Below are positions 36,861 through 46,600 of a DNA stretch of 50,714 nt, piece after piece. The notes under the pieces were generated by a model that was not told the DNA's origin, did not search any database, and was given only the letters and a program-made list of their open reading frames with translations. Source of the stretch: Deltaproteobacteria bacterium (lineage in GTDB: Bacteria; Desulfobacterota; Dissulfuribacteria; Dissulfuribacterales; UBA3076). The stretch is from the NCBI GenBank assembly GCA_011042225.1, contig DQXT01000033.1:1-50714 (forward strand), read 5' to 3'. Numbering within the stretch: the stretch's first letter is position 1; the number at the start of each line of letters is the position of its first letter. Made by a program: the position numbers and the translations under genes.

Positions 36861-39551
36861 ATGGCAAAGAATATAAAAGATAAAACGAAAGGCCTTACGC
36901 CTATGTTGCAGCAATATAAGGGTATTAAATCTCAGTATCCTGATGCAATTTTATTTTTTCGAATGGGAGATTTTTACGAAATGTTTCTGGATGATGCCGA
37001 GATAGCCTCCAGGATTCTTGAAATCACACTTACATCCAGAAATAAACACAAAGAAGAACGAATACCAATGTGTGGTGTGCCGGTACATGCAGCTGAGAAC
37101 TATCTGAACAGGCTTGTACAATCCGGACATCGGGTAGCAATATGTGAACAGGTAGAAGACCCCAAACAGGCCAAAGGATTAGTCAAAAGAGAAGTGATTC
37201 GAGTTATAACCCCCGGACTCATCACTACAGAAGGGAGTGTAGGTGCTAAGACCAATAACTTCCTTATTTCTATAAATCCAGGAGACACCAAAAACCCTTG
37301 GGGACTTTCCTGTCTGGACATCTCAACAGGAGAATTCAGGGTGACCGAACTTTTCAAGGAAGAAGACGCCCTTACAGAACTCTTTCGTCTGGAGCCTTCT
37401 GAAGTCCTCTTGCCGGACAGCCAACAGGAAAGACAACTTATTGTCCGTGTGAAACAGGCCATCCCTGCGGCCTTGCTGAGCTTTAGGCCGGACATATGGT
37501 GGCAACATGACAGGGCCAGAAAAAACCTTCAAGAACATTTAAGGACCCTCTCCCTGGATGGTTTTGGATTGACAGGGCTCAGTTCTGGTATCGGGGCGGC
37601 AGGAGCGCTTCTGTCATATGCTTCAGAGACCCAAAAAGGCGATACGTCTCACATAAAGCATCTAAAGCCTTATCTCCTTAGCGATTATCTCATCATAGAT
37701 GAGGTTACGAAACAGAATCTGGAACTGCTCTCAAACTCTTTGGACCGCGGTCGCCAAGGTACTCTGCTGGATGTACTGGACCTTACTCTAACTCCGATGG
37801 GAGGACGTCTTCTAAAAAAGTGGATTCTCTATCCATCTAGAGATATTGCTAAAATACAAGACAGACTGTCCGCTGTAGAAATAATCAAAAAAAATCCTTC
37901 GATTCGGAAATATTTAAGAAAGGAGATGCGCCGGATTTATGACATTGAGAGACTCGTTGCCAGAACAGTCCTCGGCACTGCAAATGGAAAAGATCTGCTG
38001 GCCCTCAAACAATCGGTTACTAGAATACCGGATATAAAAAAAGTCCTTGGAAATCTATTGAAAATTCCTTCTTTTAAAAAAGACCAAAATGGGGATCTGG
38101 AAAAAATTTACACGGCCTTGGATCCTTTGCAGGATATAGCAGATATCATAAACCGTTCCATAAGAGATGATTGCCCAACAGTTCTTAGAGAGGGCAGACT
38201 TATAAAGGAAGGATTTAACAACAAACTTGATGAAATCATTCATATTCAGAGAGATGGGAGGTCTTTTATAGCCCGGCTGGAAACCAAAGAGCGGGAAAGA
38301 ACCGGTATCCCATCTCTCAAAGTCGGATTTAATAAGGTCTTTGGTTATTACCTTGAGGTCTCAAAGGCCAGATTACACAATATCCCTGATGATTATATCA
38401 GAAAGCAGACCCTTGTAGCGGCAGAACGCTATGTTACTCCGGAACTGAAGGAAATAGAATCAAAGATCCTTACTGCACAGGATAGAAGGCTGACCCTTGA
38501 ATTTGAGCTGTTCATGGAGATCAGGTCTAGAGTAGCTGGAGCAAAAACTCGCTTACAAAACACTGCTGCGGCACTGGCAAAGATAGATTGCATGGCTTCC
38601 CTTGCAGAGGTGGCTGAACGATATAACTACACGAGACCAAAACTGGATCAAGACGAAAGAATATTTATACGCCAAGGCAGACATCCGGTTATAGAACATA
38701 CCCTTAAGGAAAGTTTTGTTCCAAATGATATAGAGCTAAATCACAGCAATTCTCAGCTGGTGATTATAACCGGGCCTAACATGGCCGGTAAATCCACGGT
38801 CCTCAGACAGACCGCACTTATTGTCTTAATGGCCCAGATGGGAAGTTTTGTTCCGGCGGAAAAGGCACTTATAGGTATGGTGGATCGGATATTCACGCGG
38901 GTAGGTGCTACAGACTATTTGACTAGAGGTCAAAGTACGTTCATGGTAGAGATGACTGAAACTGCAAATATTCTCCATAACGCCACAAGCCGTAGTCTTG
39001 TAATCCTGGACGAGATCGGCCGGGGGACAAGCACTTATGATGGCCTTGCCATTGCGTGGGCAGTTGCGGAAAATTTATTGTACAAGGATAAAAGGGGAGT
39101 GAAAGCACTATTTGCCACTCATTATCACGAATTGACCGACCTAACCAAAAAACACGACAAGGTGCGCAATATGCATATAGCTGTTAAAGAATGTGGGGAT
39201 CAGATAATCTTCTTGCGCCGTCTGCTGGATGGATTCACTAGTCGCAGTTATGGAATCCAGGTTGCTGCGCTGGCCGGTGTGCCTGAATCAGTAATTAAAA
39301 ATGCCGATGATATCCTGAAAAGGATTGAAACAAAGACATCTAAATACAAAAAGGGAAACCATGTCGACCATGTATGGAAAAGGAAATCTAAACAGTATCC
39401 GGCCCAAATGCCGTTACCACTTGTAATTGATAAGGAAAGTGAACTCAGAGAAAAGATACTCTCAGCCGATATCAATAAAATGACACCGCTTGAAGCCATT
39501 AACTACTTAGCGGAGCTTAGATCTCTAGCAAAAAATAAAAGGACAACATAA
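36861..39551 (+). CDS. mutS: DNA mismatch repair protein MutS
   Basis: TPMLQQY, GDFYEMF, TGPNMAGKST, STFMVEM, DEIGRGT, ATHYHEL and SYGIQVA. Confidence 0.98.
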   Translation: MAKNIKDKTKGLTPMLQQYKGIKSQYPDAILFFRMGDFYEMFLDDAEIASRILEITLTSRNKHKEERIPMCGVPVHAAENYLNRLVQSGHRVAICEQVEDPKQAKGLVKREVIRVITPGLITTEGSVGAKTNNFLISINPGDTKNPWGLSCLDISTGEFRVTELFKEEDALTELFRLEPSEVLLPDSQQERQLIVRVKQAIPAALLSFRPDIWWQHDRARKNLQEHLRTLSLDGFGLTGLSSGIGAAGALLSYASETQKGDTSHIKHLKPYLLSDYLIIDEVTKQNLELLSNSLDRGRQGTLLDVLDLTLTPMGGRLLKKWILYPSRDIAKIQDRLSAVEIIKKNPSIRKYLRKEMRRIYDIERLVARTVLGTANGKDLLALKQSVTRIPDIKKVLGNLLKIPSFKKDQNGDLEKIYTALDPLQDIADIINRSIRDDCPTVLREGRLIKEGFNNKLDEIIHIQRDGRSFIARLETKERERTGIPSLKVGFNKVFGYYLEVSKARLHNIPDDYIRKQTLVAAERYVTPELKEIESKILTAQDRRLTLEFELFMEIRSRVAGAKTRLQNTAAALAKIDCMASLAEVAERYNYTRPKLDQDERIFIRQGRHPVIEHTLKESFVPNDIELNHSNSQLVIITGPNMAGKSTVLRQTALIVLMAQMGSFVPAEKALIGMVDRIFTRVGATDYLTRGQSTFMVEMTETANILHNATSRSLVILDEIGRGTSTYDGLAIAWAVAENLLYKDKRGVKALFATHYHELTDLTKKHDKVRNMHIAVKECGDQIIFLRRLLDGFTSRSYGIQVAALAGVPESVIKNADDILKRIETKTSKYKKGNHVDHVWKRKSKQYPAQMPLPLVIDKESELREKILSADINKMTPLEAINYLAELRSLAKNKRTT

Positions 39552-39591
39552 AATCGCAAATCAACGCAAAAGAGCATGAATTACTGTAATT

Positions 39592-41388
39592 ATGAATCCA
39601 TTAGTATCTGAGCATAACTGCGTACGACTACGATTTTCTTCGTGTCTGTTTATTATTGCTTTACTATTAGGTACATTTTTATTAATTGAAATAGAATATG
39701 CACACGCAAAACCAAAAAATTCTGCCCTAAACAGGACGGAATACACCTATCGTCAAGCCAAATCTGAATATAATCGCCTTGCCAGGGATTCCCGGCTTCG
39801 CACCCGCAGAACAGCGTGGATTCAAGTAATTAAAAAATTCAGGACAGTATATCTCACCCATCCCAACGATATTAAGGTTGCCCCCAAAGCCCTCTTTATG
39901 ATGGCATGCTGTTACAGCGAATTATATGGATACTCAGGAGCTATTAAGGATATACATGAGGCTATTGAGCGATATAAGGTCCTGATTGAGAGATTTTCCG
40001 AAAGTTACTTGGCAGATGACGCCCTCTATGACCTCGGAAACCTTTATAACCGTATCGGGAATATTAATCTAGCCCTAAAAGCATGGGAACGGATAATTAA
40101 AGAATACCCCAAAAGAGATAAGGTCGGGCTTGCCGAAAAAAAGTTAAAACTTTTAGGTCCTGTAAAGCGGCAAGAAATAAAAACTCCAAAGCTGGCAAGT
40201 TATAATAATGAAGAATTCTCAAGTATATCCAGCCCGAAGATTTCTCCAGATACAAAACCTGCTGTTGTGCGAGAGGTGAGGCATTGGTCCGCTGCGGACT
40301 ACACCAGGGTGGTCATTGATACAGCAGGCCCTGTATACTTTACAAAAGGATATCTTCCTGCCAATAAGGCCGAACACCTTCCGGAACGTATTTATTTAGA
40401 TCTCAAACCGGCCTTTATAGGAAAAAATTTCAAGAACGACATATCTATAAGAGACGGACTACTTAAGGGGGTGAGAATAGCCCAATTTAACCGTAGTACG
40501 GTCAGGGTGGTATTTGATCTCAAGAACACCCATAAGACAAAGATCTTTTATCTGGAGGATCCCTTCAGGGTAGTAGTAGACGCATTTGGAGAAAACTACT
40601 TTCATAGACCTTCCTGCCCACAACGATCTCCCGAAATACATAAAAAGAGCAGGGCTCAATTAAAAGATGACGATCTTTCTCTCGCGCAACAATTGGGCCT
40701 CTGTGTAAAACGAGTGGTAATAGATGCCGGCCACGGCGGAAAGGATCCGGGGGCTATCGGACCTACCGGCCTGAAAGAAAAAGACGTGGTACTCACGATT
40801 GCAAAAAAAGTGGCTTTACGACTTAAAAAAGACCTGGGTTATCAGGTTATCCTGACCAGAAAAGAAGATCGATTTCTGCCACTTATGCAAAGAACCGCCA
40901 TTGCCAATGCCGAAAAGGCCGATCTATTTTTGTCTATTCATGCAAATGCAGCCCCTAGTAGGGGAGTTAGTGGGCTTGAAACCTACTTTTTAAACTTTGC
41001 CCTGGATAAAGAGGCTATGAATGTGGCAGCCCGAGAAAATGCTACATCAACAAAAAGAATAGGGGATCTTAAGCATATACTAAACGATATAATGAAAAAT
41101 ACCAAAGTGGATGAATCCTCACGCTTGGCAGGCTGCGTGCAGAGGGAGCTTGTAAAAAAGCTCAGAAAACAATATGATAAAGTGAAAAGCAAAGGAGTTA
41201 AACAGGCCCCATTTTTTGTGCTGATAGGGGCGAGAATGCCCTCGGTTCTTGTGGAAGTATCGTTTATAAGCAACAGGCAAGAAGAGAAGCGTCTCAAAAG
41301 CGACCGTTATCTGAGCAGCGTGGCCGATGGGATCGTAAACGGTATTAAATCATATGCCAGCGACACCAAGTTCGCTTATCTACCTTGA
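39592..41388 (+). CDS. N-acetylmuramoyl-L-alanine amidase (TPR + AMIN + Amidase_3, AmiC-like)
   Basis: N-terminal TM/signal segment, TPR-like repeats (APKALF, ADDALY), AMIN segment (VRIAQFNRSTVRVVFDL, DPFRVVVD) and catalytic IDAGHGG, EK, SIHAN and LVEVSF. Confidence 0.9.
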   Translation: MNPLVSEHNCVRLRFSSCLFIIALLLGTFLLIEIEYAHAKPKNSALNRTEYTYRQAKSEYNRLARDSRLRTRRTAWIQVIKKFRTVYLTHPNDIKVAPKALFMMACCYSELYGYSGAIKDIHEAIERYKVLIERFSESYLADDALYDLGNLYNRIGNINLALKAWERIIKEYPKRDKVGLAEKKLKLLGPVKRQEIKTPKLASYNNEEFSSISSPKISPDTKPAVVREVRHWSAADYTRVVIDTAGPVYFTKGYLPANKAEHLPERIYLDLKPAFIGKNFKNDISIRDGLLKGVRIAQFNRSTVRVVFDLKNTHKTKIFYLEDPFRVVVDAFGENYFHRPSCPQRSPEIHKKSRAQLKDDDLSLAQQLGLCVKRVVIDAGHGGKDPGAIGPTGLKEKDVVLTIAKKVALRLKKDLGYQVILTRKEDRFLPLMQRTAIANAEKADLFLSIHANAAPSRGVSGLETYFLNFALDKEAMNVAARENATSTKRIGDLKHILNDIMKNTKVDESSRLAGCVQRELVKKLRKQYDKVKSKGVKQAPFFVLIGARMPSVLVEVSFISNRQEEKRLKSDRYLSSVADGIVNGIKSYASDTKFAYLP

Positions 41389-41564
41389 AGGACTTAGATA
41401 AAAATATATGGATTATAAATATGTGAACGTCTACTTTTTGATTCAGTAAATAAAACCCATCATAACAGGTTGAATTTTGTTTTTCCTCTGCTAAAATGCA
41501 GTATTTACTTGTGGATTTTAAGTGTAGTTTTATTATAGTTTCATATTATAAATAAAAAGCCATC

Positions 41565-42188
41565 ATGCGGGAGGTATCTATGTATTGGGGAAATACGGGA
41601 ATAAAAGTCTGTTTACTGGTGCTCATTTCGATATTGAGCCTGACTCTTCTCGGCGGATGTTGTAAAAAACCGGTAAAAGCCGTTGAAGGAGAAACACTTG
41701 TCACTGAGCAGATCGAGGAGACGACTGTAAGCCCTGAGGAGATGTCTGGCATGGCTGAAGTCGGTATAGGTGAGACGGAAATTCAAGCCGAAGCAGTAGA
41801 AGCTGCTCCAGCCTTTGGAGAAACTATTTCCGAGGGCAGAACCAGCGCTCCTATGCACCCGGTATACTTTGATTTTGACCGTTTTAATATCCGCGATGAC
41901 ATGAAGTCCGTAATGGAAGGCAATGCCCTTTTCCTGCTTGATCATCCTGAAATCATGATAGAAATCCAGGGCAACTGTGATGAACGAGGTACCAATGAAT
42001 ATAATTTGGCTCTCGGAGAAAGAAGGGCAAAAGGCGCCCAGGCATATCTTGTCAATCTGGGGATAAACCCGGATCGTATAGAAACTGTGAGCTTCGGTGA
42101 GGAGCAGCCTCTGGATCTAGGACATAACGAGGAGGCGTGGGCAAAAAACCGCAGAGATGACTTTGTTATCACAAAAGCAGGTAATTAA
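41565..42188 (+). CDS. pal: peptidoglycan-associated lipoprotein Pal
   Basis: Lipobox LLGGC, VYFDFD, GNCDERGTNEYNLALGERRA, SFGEE and KNRR. Confidence 0.93.
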   Translation: MREVSMYWGNTGIKVCLLVLISILSLTLLGGCCKKPVKAVEGETLVTEQIEETTVSPEEMSGMAEVGIGETEIQAEAVEAAPAFGETISEGRTSAPMHPVYFDFDRFNIRDDMKSVMEGNALFLLDHPEIMIEIQGNCDERGTNEYNLALGERRAKGAQAYLVNLGINPDRIETVSFGEEQPLDLGHNEEAWAKNRRDDFVITKAGN

Positions 42189-42220
42189 TTAAAACTTCTG
42201 ATATCCCAAACAAAGCACTT

Positions 42221-42258
42221 TGACCACTGCGTTATGTAACGCAGTGGTCATTATTTTG
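42221..42258 (+). terminator. intrinsic terminator-like hairpin after pal
   Basis: Perfect inverted repeat TGACCACTGCGTTA-tg-TAACGCAGTGGTCA followed by TTATTTTG. Confidence 0.75.
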
Positions 42259-42400
42259 TAAAAGAGCCCTTGAAAAAACTCTTAGTCTTATTCTAGATGG
42301 GAGACTGTAAAATTTGTCGATATTTCTCGCAAATGATTGAGCTATATATCCATAAAAGACACATAAATTATTTTAAAGCCCAGGAGATAGTGATTGCCGT

Positions 42401-42952
42401 ATGAAAGGTCGCTTAAACTTAATACCCCCGCTACTGATTTTTCTTTGCACTACGGTCCTGTGCTGTAATGTAACTGCTGGAGAAACAGCTCAGACAAAGA
42501 TGGCTGTTATCAATATGCAAAAAGTCATACGAAAATCCATAGCCGGTCAAAAGGCCATGGAAAATCTCGAAAAAAAACTTACAAAATTGCAGGGAGAAAT
42601 CAGAGTTAAACAAGACGAGATCAATGCATTTAAGGAAGAAATAGAAAAAAAGGGACCTCTAATGAATGAGGTTGCCAAGGCGGAAAAGGAACGCGAATAT
42701 AAAAAGGCCCTTCGAGATCTTCAAGATAAAAAAGAGGATGCCCAATTTGAAATGCGCCAGGCGGAAACCAAAAGCATGGAGCCATTGCTTCATGATCTTG
42801 AAAAGGTTGTCAGCGTTATTGGTAAGAAAGGTGGATACACACTCATTCTGGATAAAAACATGCCTGGTATATATTTCATTGATTCCGACATAGATATCAC
42901 GGAAGAAGTCATAAAGGCCTACGATAATCAAATAAAATCCGATAAGGAATAA
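42401..42952 (+). CDS. skp: OmpH/Skp periplasmic chaperone
   Basis: Signal peptide, KMAVINMQKVI, long coiled coil, GYTLILD and DITEEVI. Confidence 0.9.
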   Translation: MKGRLNLIPPLLIFLCTTVLCCNVTAGETAQTKMAVINMQKVIRKSIAGQKAMENLEKKLTKLQGEIRVKQDEINAFKEEIEKKGPLMNEVAKAEKEREYKKALRDLQDKKEDAQFEMRQAETKSMEPLLHDLEKVVSVIGKKGGYTLILDKNMPGIYFIDSDIDITEEVIKAYDNQIKSDKE

Positions 42953-43125
42953 GGGTAAAAAAAATAGATCCTTACTGAACTAACCCCCTTCAAAACTGGA
43001 AGTTTGAAATTGGTTAACTGGTCTCCATCTTCATTATTTTCTCAATTTCGAGCTTCAACTTTTGAACTTCACTATAAAAATAGAAGATCAACCGACTTAA
43101 AAGTATAAACTATTTTGGGTAAAGT

Positions 43126-45081
43126 ATGCCTATGTTTTATGTAAATCTAGAAAAACAAAACGAACTTACACAAAAACAGCTATCTGACCTACAGGCCATG
43201 TGGAATAGATGCGCAATGCGCATTGTTCTTTCTACTACGCTTGCAAAAAGCGGTCATCCTGGCGGCTCTCTTTCCTCCCTGCACACACTGCTTGTCATTT
43301 ACAGCATAATTAAACATCGTCCGGAGGAACCCCTCTGGCCTGACCGTGACCGGGTAGTCGTGAGCATTGGGCATATCTCTCCGTGCGTCTACAGCGTACT
43401 CACTGAATTCGGCTATTTTTCAGAGGAAGATTTCCTTACCGAATTCCGTCGTGCAGGTTCATCCTGTGCCGGCCATGTAGAACAAACCATGCCTGGAATT
43501 GAGTGGAATACTGGAAATCTAGGCCAGGGACTTTCAGTAGGTACAGGCATATGTCTTGCCCAAAATCTTATTGGCCGGCCCGGCAAAACGATCGTCCTCA
43601 TGGGTGACGGAGAACAGCAGAAAGGACAGATAGCTGAAGCAAGACGTTTTGCAACAAAGTTCGGACAAGGAAATTTGATAGGTGTAGTCGACAGAAACCA
43701 TCTTCAGATTGGCGGCTCTACTGAAGTTGTCATGCCTGTGCGTGTAAGGGATGAATATACTGCTGCAGGCTGGAACGTATTGTATGTACCGGACGGCCAT
43801 GATTTCCAGGCCATATTCAAGGCCCTGAAAAAGACATGGGCAAATGACGGCCTTATGCCTGACCGCCCCACTGTCCTTATCATGCGTACTGTTATGGGAA
43901 AAGGTATCTCGTTTATGGAGAACAAAGCAAGGTATCATGGATCTCCGTTGCCGGAGGAAGATGCCAGAGCAGCTTTGAGAGAACTAGGTCAAGATCAGGG
44001 CCTACTTGAGATATGGTTAAAGAACAGGGCTACACACAAAATAAAAGGCAATAACAAAAAATCAGAAATCAATTATCCATTTATTGACCCCGGAAAACCC
44101 ATTGTCTACGGTACTGAGATCAAAACAGATTGCCGTTCTGCATATGGCGCGGCATTAAAGGATCTAGCACAAAGAAACAATGTCCCTGGTTCTGCCCCAA
44201 AAATTGTAGGATTTAGCTGTGATCTGGAAGAATCAGTAAAGATGCAGGGGTTTCACAGCGTTTCACCCAGCGCCTTCATAGAGACAGGCATACAAGAGCA
44301 TCACGCAGCTACCTGTGCTGGAGCAATAAGCAGGGAGGGATTTGCTACCTTCTTAAGCACCTTTGGTGTCTTTGCTACGGCAGAGACTTATAACCAGCAC
44401 CGCTTAAATGACCTCAATAAAACCTATCTTAAAATTGTATCTACTCATTTGGGACTGGACGTTGGAGAAGACGGCCCAACCCATCAAAGTATAGACTATG
44501 TGGGACTCTTCAACAACCTGTTTGGCTTCTCCATATTCATGCCTGCGGATCCAAATCAAACCGACAGGATAGTCCGTTATGTAGCTATTAATCCCGGCAA
44601 TGCCTTCGTGGGTATGGGAAGGTCCAAACTATCAATTATTACCACAAAGGATGGGAAACCCTTTTATGATGCGGACTATGTATTTCGGCCTGGACATGCA
44701 GACTGGTTGAGACAGGGAGACAAGGCCACTTTTCTTACCTATGGCTCAGCCACATCTCAGGTTCTCAAGGCATGTTCAATTCTTGACTCAGCGGGTCTAT
44801 CAGTAGGGGTACTCAATATGGCATCTCTCAAACCCATAGACGGAAAATCAATTTTGGAGGCAGCCAAGAAAGGACCTTTGATAACGGTTGAAGACCATAT
44901 AGCCCATACGGGTTTAGGGGCCATAGTAGCGCAGGAACTTGTAAGTGCAGGTGTGCATCAACAACTCCTCACTATAGGTGTGACACACTATAGTTCTTCA
45001 GGTAAACCGGATGATCTGTATCGCCATCAGCACCTTGATGCTAAAAGTCTTGTCAAAAAGGTAAAAAAACTCTTAAGTTAG
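43126..45081 (+). CDS. tkt: transketolase
   Basis: SGHPGGSLS, RDRVVVS.GH, TGNLGQG, GDGE, GIQEHH, GEDGPTHQ and EDH. Confidence 0.93.
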   Translation: MPMFYVNLEKQNELTQKQLSDLQAMWNRCAMRIVLSTTLAKSGHPGGSLSSLHTLLVIYSIIKHRPEEPLWPDRDRVVVSIGHISPCVYSVLTEFGYFSEEDFLTEFRRAGSSCAGHVEQTMPGIEWNTGNLGQGLSVGTGICLAQNLIGRPGKTIVLMGDGEQQKGQIAEARRFATKFGQGNLIGVVDRNHLQIGGSTEVVMPVRVRDEYTAAGWNVLYVPDGHDFQAIFKALKKTWANDGLMPDRPTVLIMRTVMGKGISFMENKARYHGSPLPEEDARAALRELGQDQGLLEIWLKNRATHKIKGNNKKSEINYPFIDPGKPIVYGTEIKTDCRSAYGAALKDLAQRNNVPGSAPKIVGFSCDLEESVKMQGFHSVSPSAFIETGIQEHHAATCAGAISREGFATFLSTFGVFATAETYNQHRLNDLNKTYLKIVSTHLGLDVGEDGPTHQSIDYVGLFNNLFGFSIFMPADPNQTDRIVRYVAINPGNAFVGMGRSKLSIITTKDGKPFYDADYVFRPGHADWLRQGDKATFLTYGSATSQVLKACSILDSAGLSVGVLNMASLKPIDGKSILEAAKKGPLITVEDHIAHTGLGAIVAQELVSAGVHQQLLTIGVTHYSSSGKPDDLYRHQHLDAKSLVKKVKKLLS

Positions 45082-45479
45082 CCGCCCGAGAAAGGACTTC
45101 GCCGACAAGGGCGGCAGGACTTACATGCGGCTTAGTTTTTTTCTGGTTCGGTTATATTATCATCAGATATAAGATATAGAAGCTATCTATGGATCTTAAC
45201 CATATCTGTCTCAGCAAATCTGAATCACAATTATTGTCATCACAGCCTGTCAAAAAGGCCGCGGCCAATCTCCCTTCCACTCATCGGGACTCTATGAGTT
45301 TGCCTTAATCCTAAGTATTTAGGACCGCCGACATAGCCGGTATCTTACATATAGAAAAGCTTTAATATCTTAAATAATCTTGTCGATAAAAGCTTTAGAG
45401 TCTTAAATCCAGGAGTCTTGGTTGATAGTTCATGCATCTTTGATACAAAAATGCCTTTTATCTTTTGGGGAATTTAACC

Positions 45480-45881
45480 GTGGCTGATCTGATATTGACC
45501 CAATCGGTCCTGGATAAAACCAAAACAGAGATAGAAAACGCCCTTATTAAAGCAGGTGTTAATACTGTTCTCCTTATTGACGAAGCGGGCAATGTTGTGA
45601 CTGCTTGCAAACATAAAACCTGTACTCTTGACACAACTTCTCTTGCTGCACTGGCAGCGGCAAACTTCGGTGTCACTGCACAAATTGCAAAATTGATAGG
45701 AGAAGATGATTTTTCACTCCTGTTCCACAAGGGGAAAAAGGATAGCATACACTTTGCGCGGATAAACAATGATTTGATTCTGGTAACAATATTTGGAGAA
45801 AATGTATCTTTGGGCTTGGTAAGGTTAAGGGTCGCAGAATTGGCAAAAACCATAGAAAAGGCATTTGCCCAAATTTATTGA
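45480..45881 (+). CDS. mglB: MglB-type roadblock/LC7 GTPase-activating protein
   Basis: LLIDEAG, DTTSLAALAAANFG, AKLIGE..FSLLFHKG and LGLVRLRV. Directly upstream of mglA. GTG45480 is the likely start. Confidence 0.9.
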   Translation: MADLILTQSVLDKTKTEIENALIKAGVNTVLLIDEAGNVVTACKHKTCTLDTTSLAALAAANFGVTAQIAKLIGEDDFSLLFHKGKKDSIHFARINNDLILVTIFGENVSLGLVRLRVAELAKTIEKAFAQIY

Positions 45882-45883
45882 AT

Positions 45884-46501
45884 ATGGCGCTGATAAATCT
45901 TAGCAAAAAAGAAATACACTGCAAGATAGTATACTACGGTCCCGGGCGGTGCGGTAAGACCACGAATTTGCTCTATATATATAATGCAATGAACAATCAA
46001 GCCCGAAGTAAGATGCTGACTATTGAGACAAAAGGAGAAAGGACACTTTTTTTTGATCTTCTTCCCTTAAATCTGGGCAAAATAAATGGCTTTAATATAA
46101 GAATCCAGCTTTACACAGTACCGGGCCAAATCATTTATAAGGCTACCAGGAAACTGGTACTTAAGGGTGTGGATGGTATGGTTTTCGTTGCCGATAGTCT
46201 TAAAGTACGTCAGGGAAAAAATATGGAAAGTCTCCAAGATCTACACGATAATCTCCTTGACTACAATCTAAATACAGAAGAAATCCCAATCATTTTGCAA
46301 TTCAACAAACGTGATCTTGTGCCTACACCCATACCGACGCTGACTAAAGAAGAGCTTGAAATAGATCTGAACAGTCAACTTAATACAAAGGTTTTTGAAG
46401 CGGCAGCTATTAAAGGAATAGGGGTCTTTGAAACCCTGAAAGAAATAAGCAAAAGGACTATCCAATATGTGGCAAGAAAGCATCTCTCAACAAATCATTA
46501 A
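45884..46501 (+). CDS. mglA: MglA small Ras-like GTPase
   Basis: KIVYYGPGRCGKTTNL, ERTLFFD (intrinsic Arg), LYTVPGQ, GVDGMVFVADS and NKRDL. Confidence 0.93.
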   Translation: MALINLSKKEIHCKIVYYGPGRCGKTTNLLYIYNAMNNQARSKMLTIETKGERTLFFDLLPLNLGKINGFNIRIQLYTVPGQIIYKATRKLVLKGVDGMVFVADSLKVRQGKNMESLQDLHDNLLDYNLNTEEIPIILQFNKRDLVPTPIPTLTKEELEIDLNSQLNTKVFEAAAIKGIGVFETLKEISKRTIQYVARKHLSTNH

Positions 46502-46600
46502 AAAATATATTCTCAGGTTGTAACCCCCTATACTCTTTGATAGGCGTAAATAATTAGTCGGATTAGTTATTAAAAAATAAAATACAGAAGGAGAACGAGC

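Noticed and set aside
42256-42290. Third partial copy of the ~150-bp dispersed element (AAAGAGCCCTTGAAAAAA)
   Set aside because: The similarity is limited to about 15 AT-rich bases, too short to support.
45255-45345. c-di-GMP-I (GEMM) riboswitch suggested by GGCAAACTCAT on the minus strand
   Set aside because: It lacks the GAAA tetraloop and the GACGCAAAG junction, and it points away from mglB.
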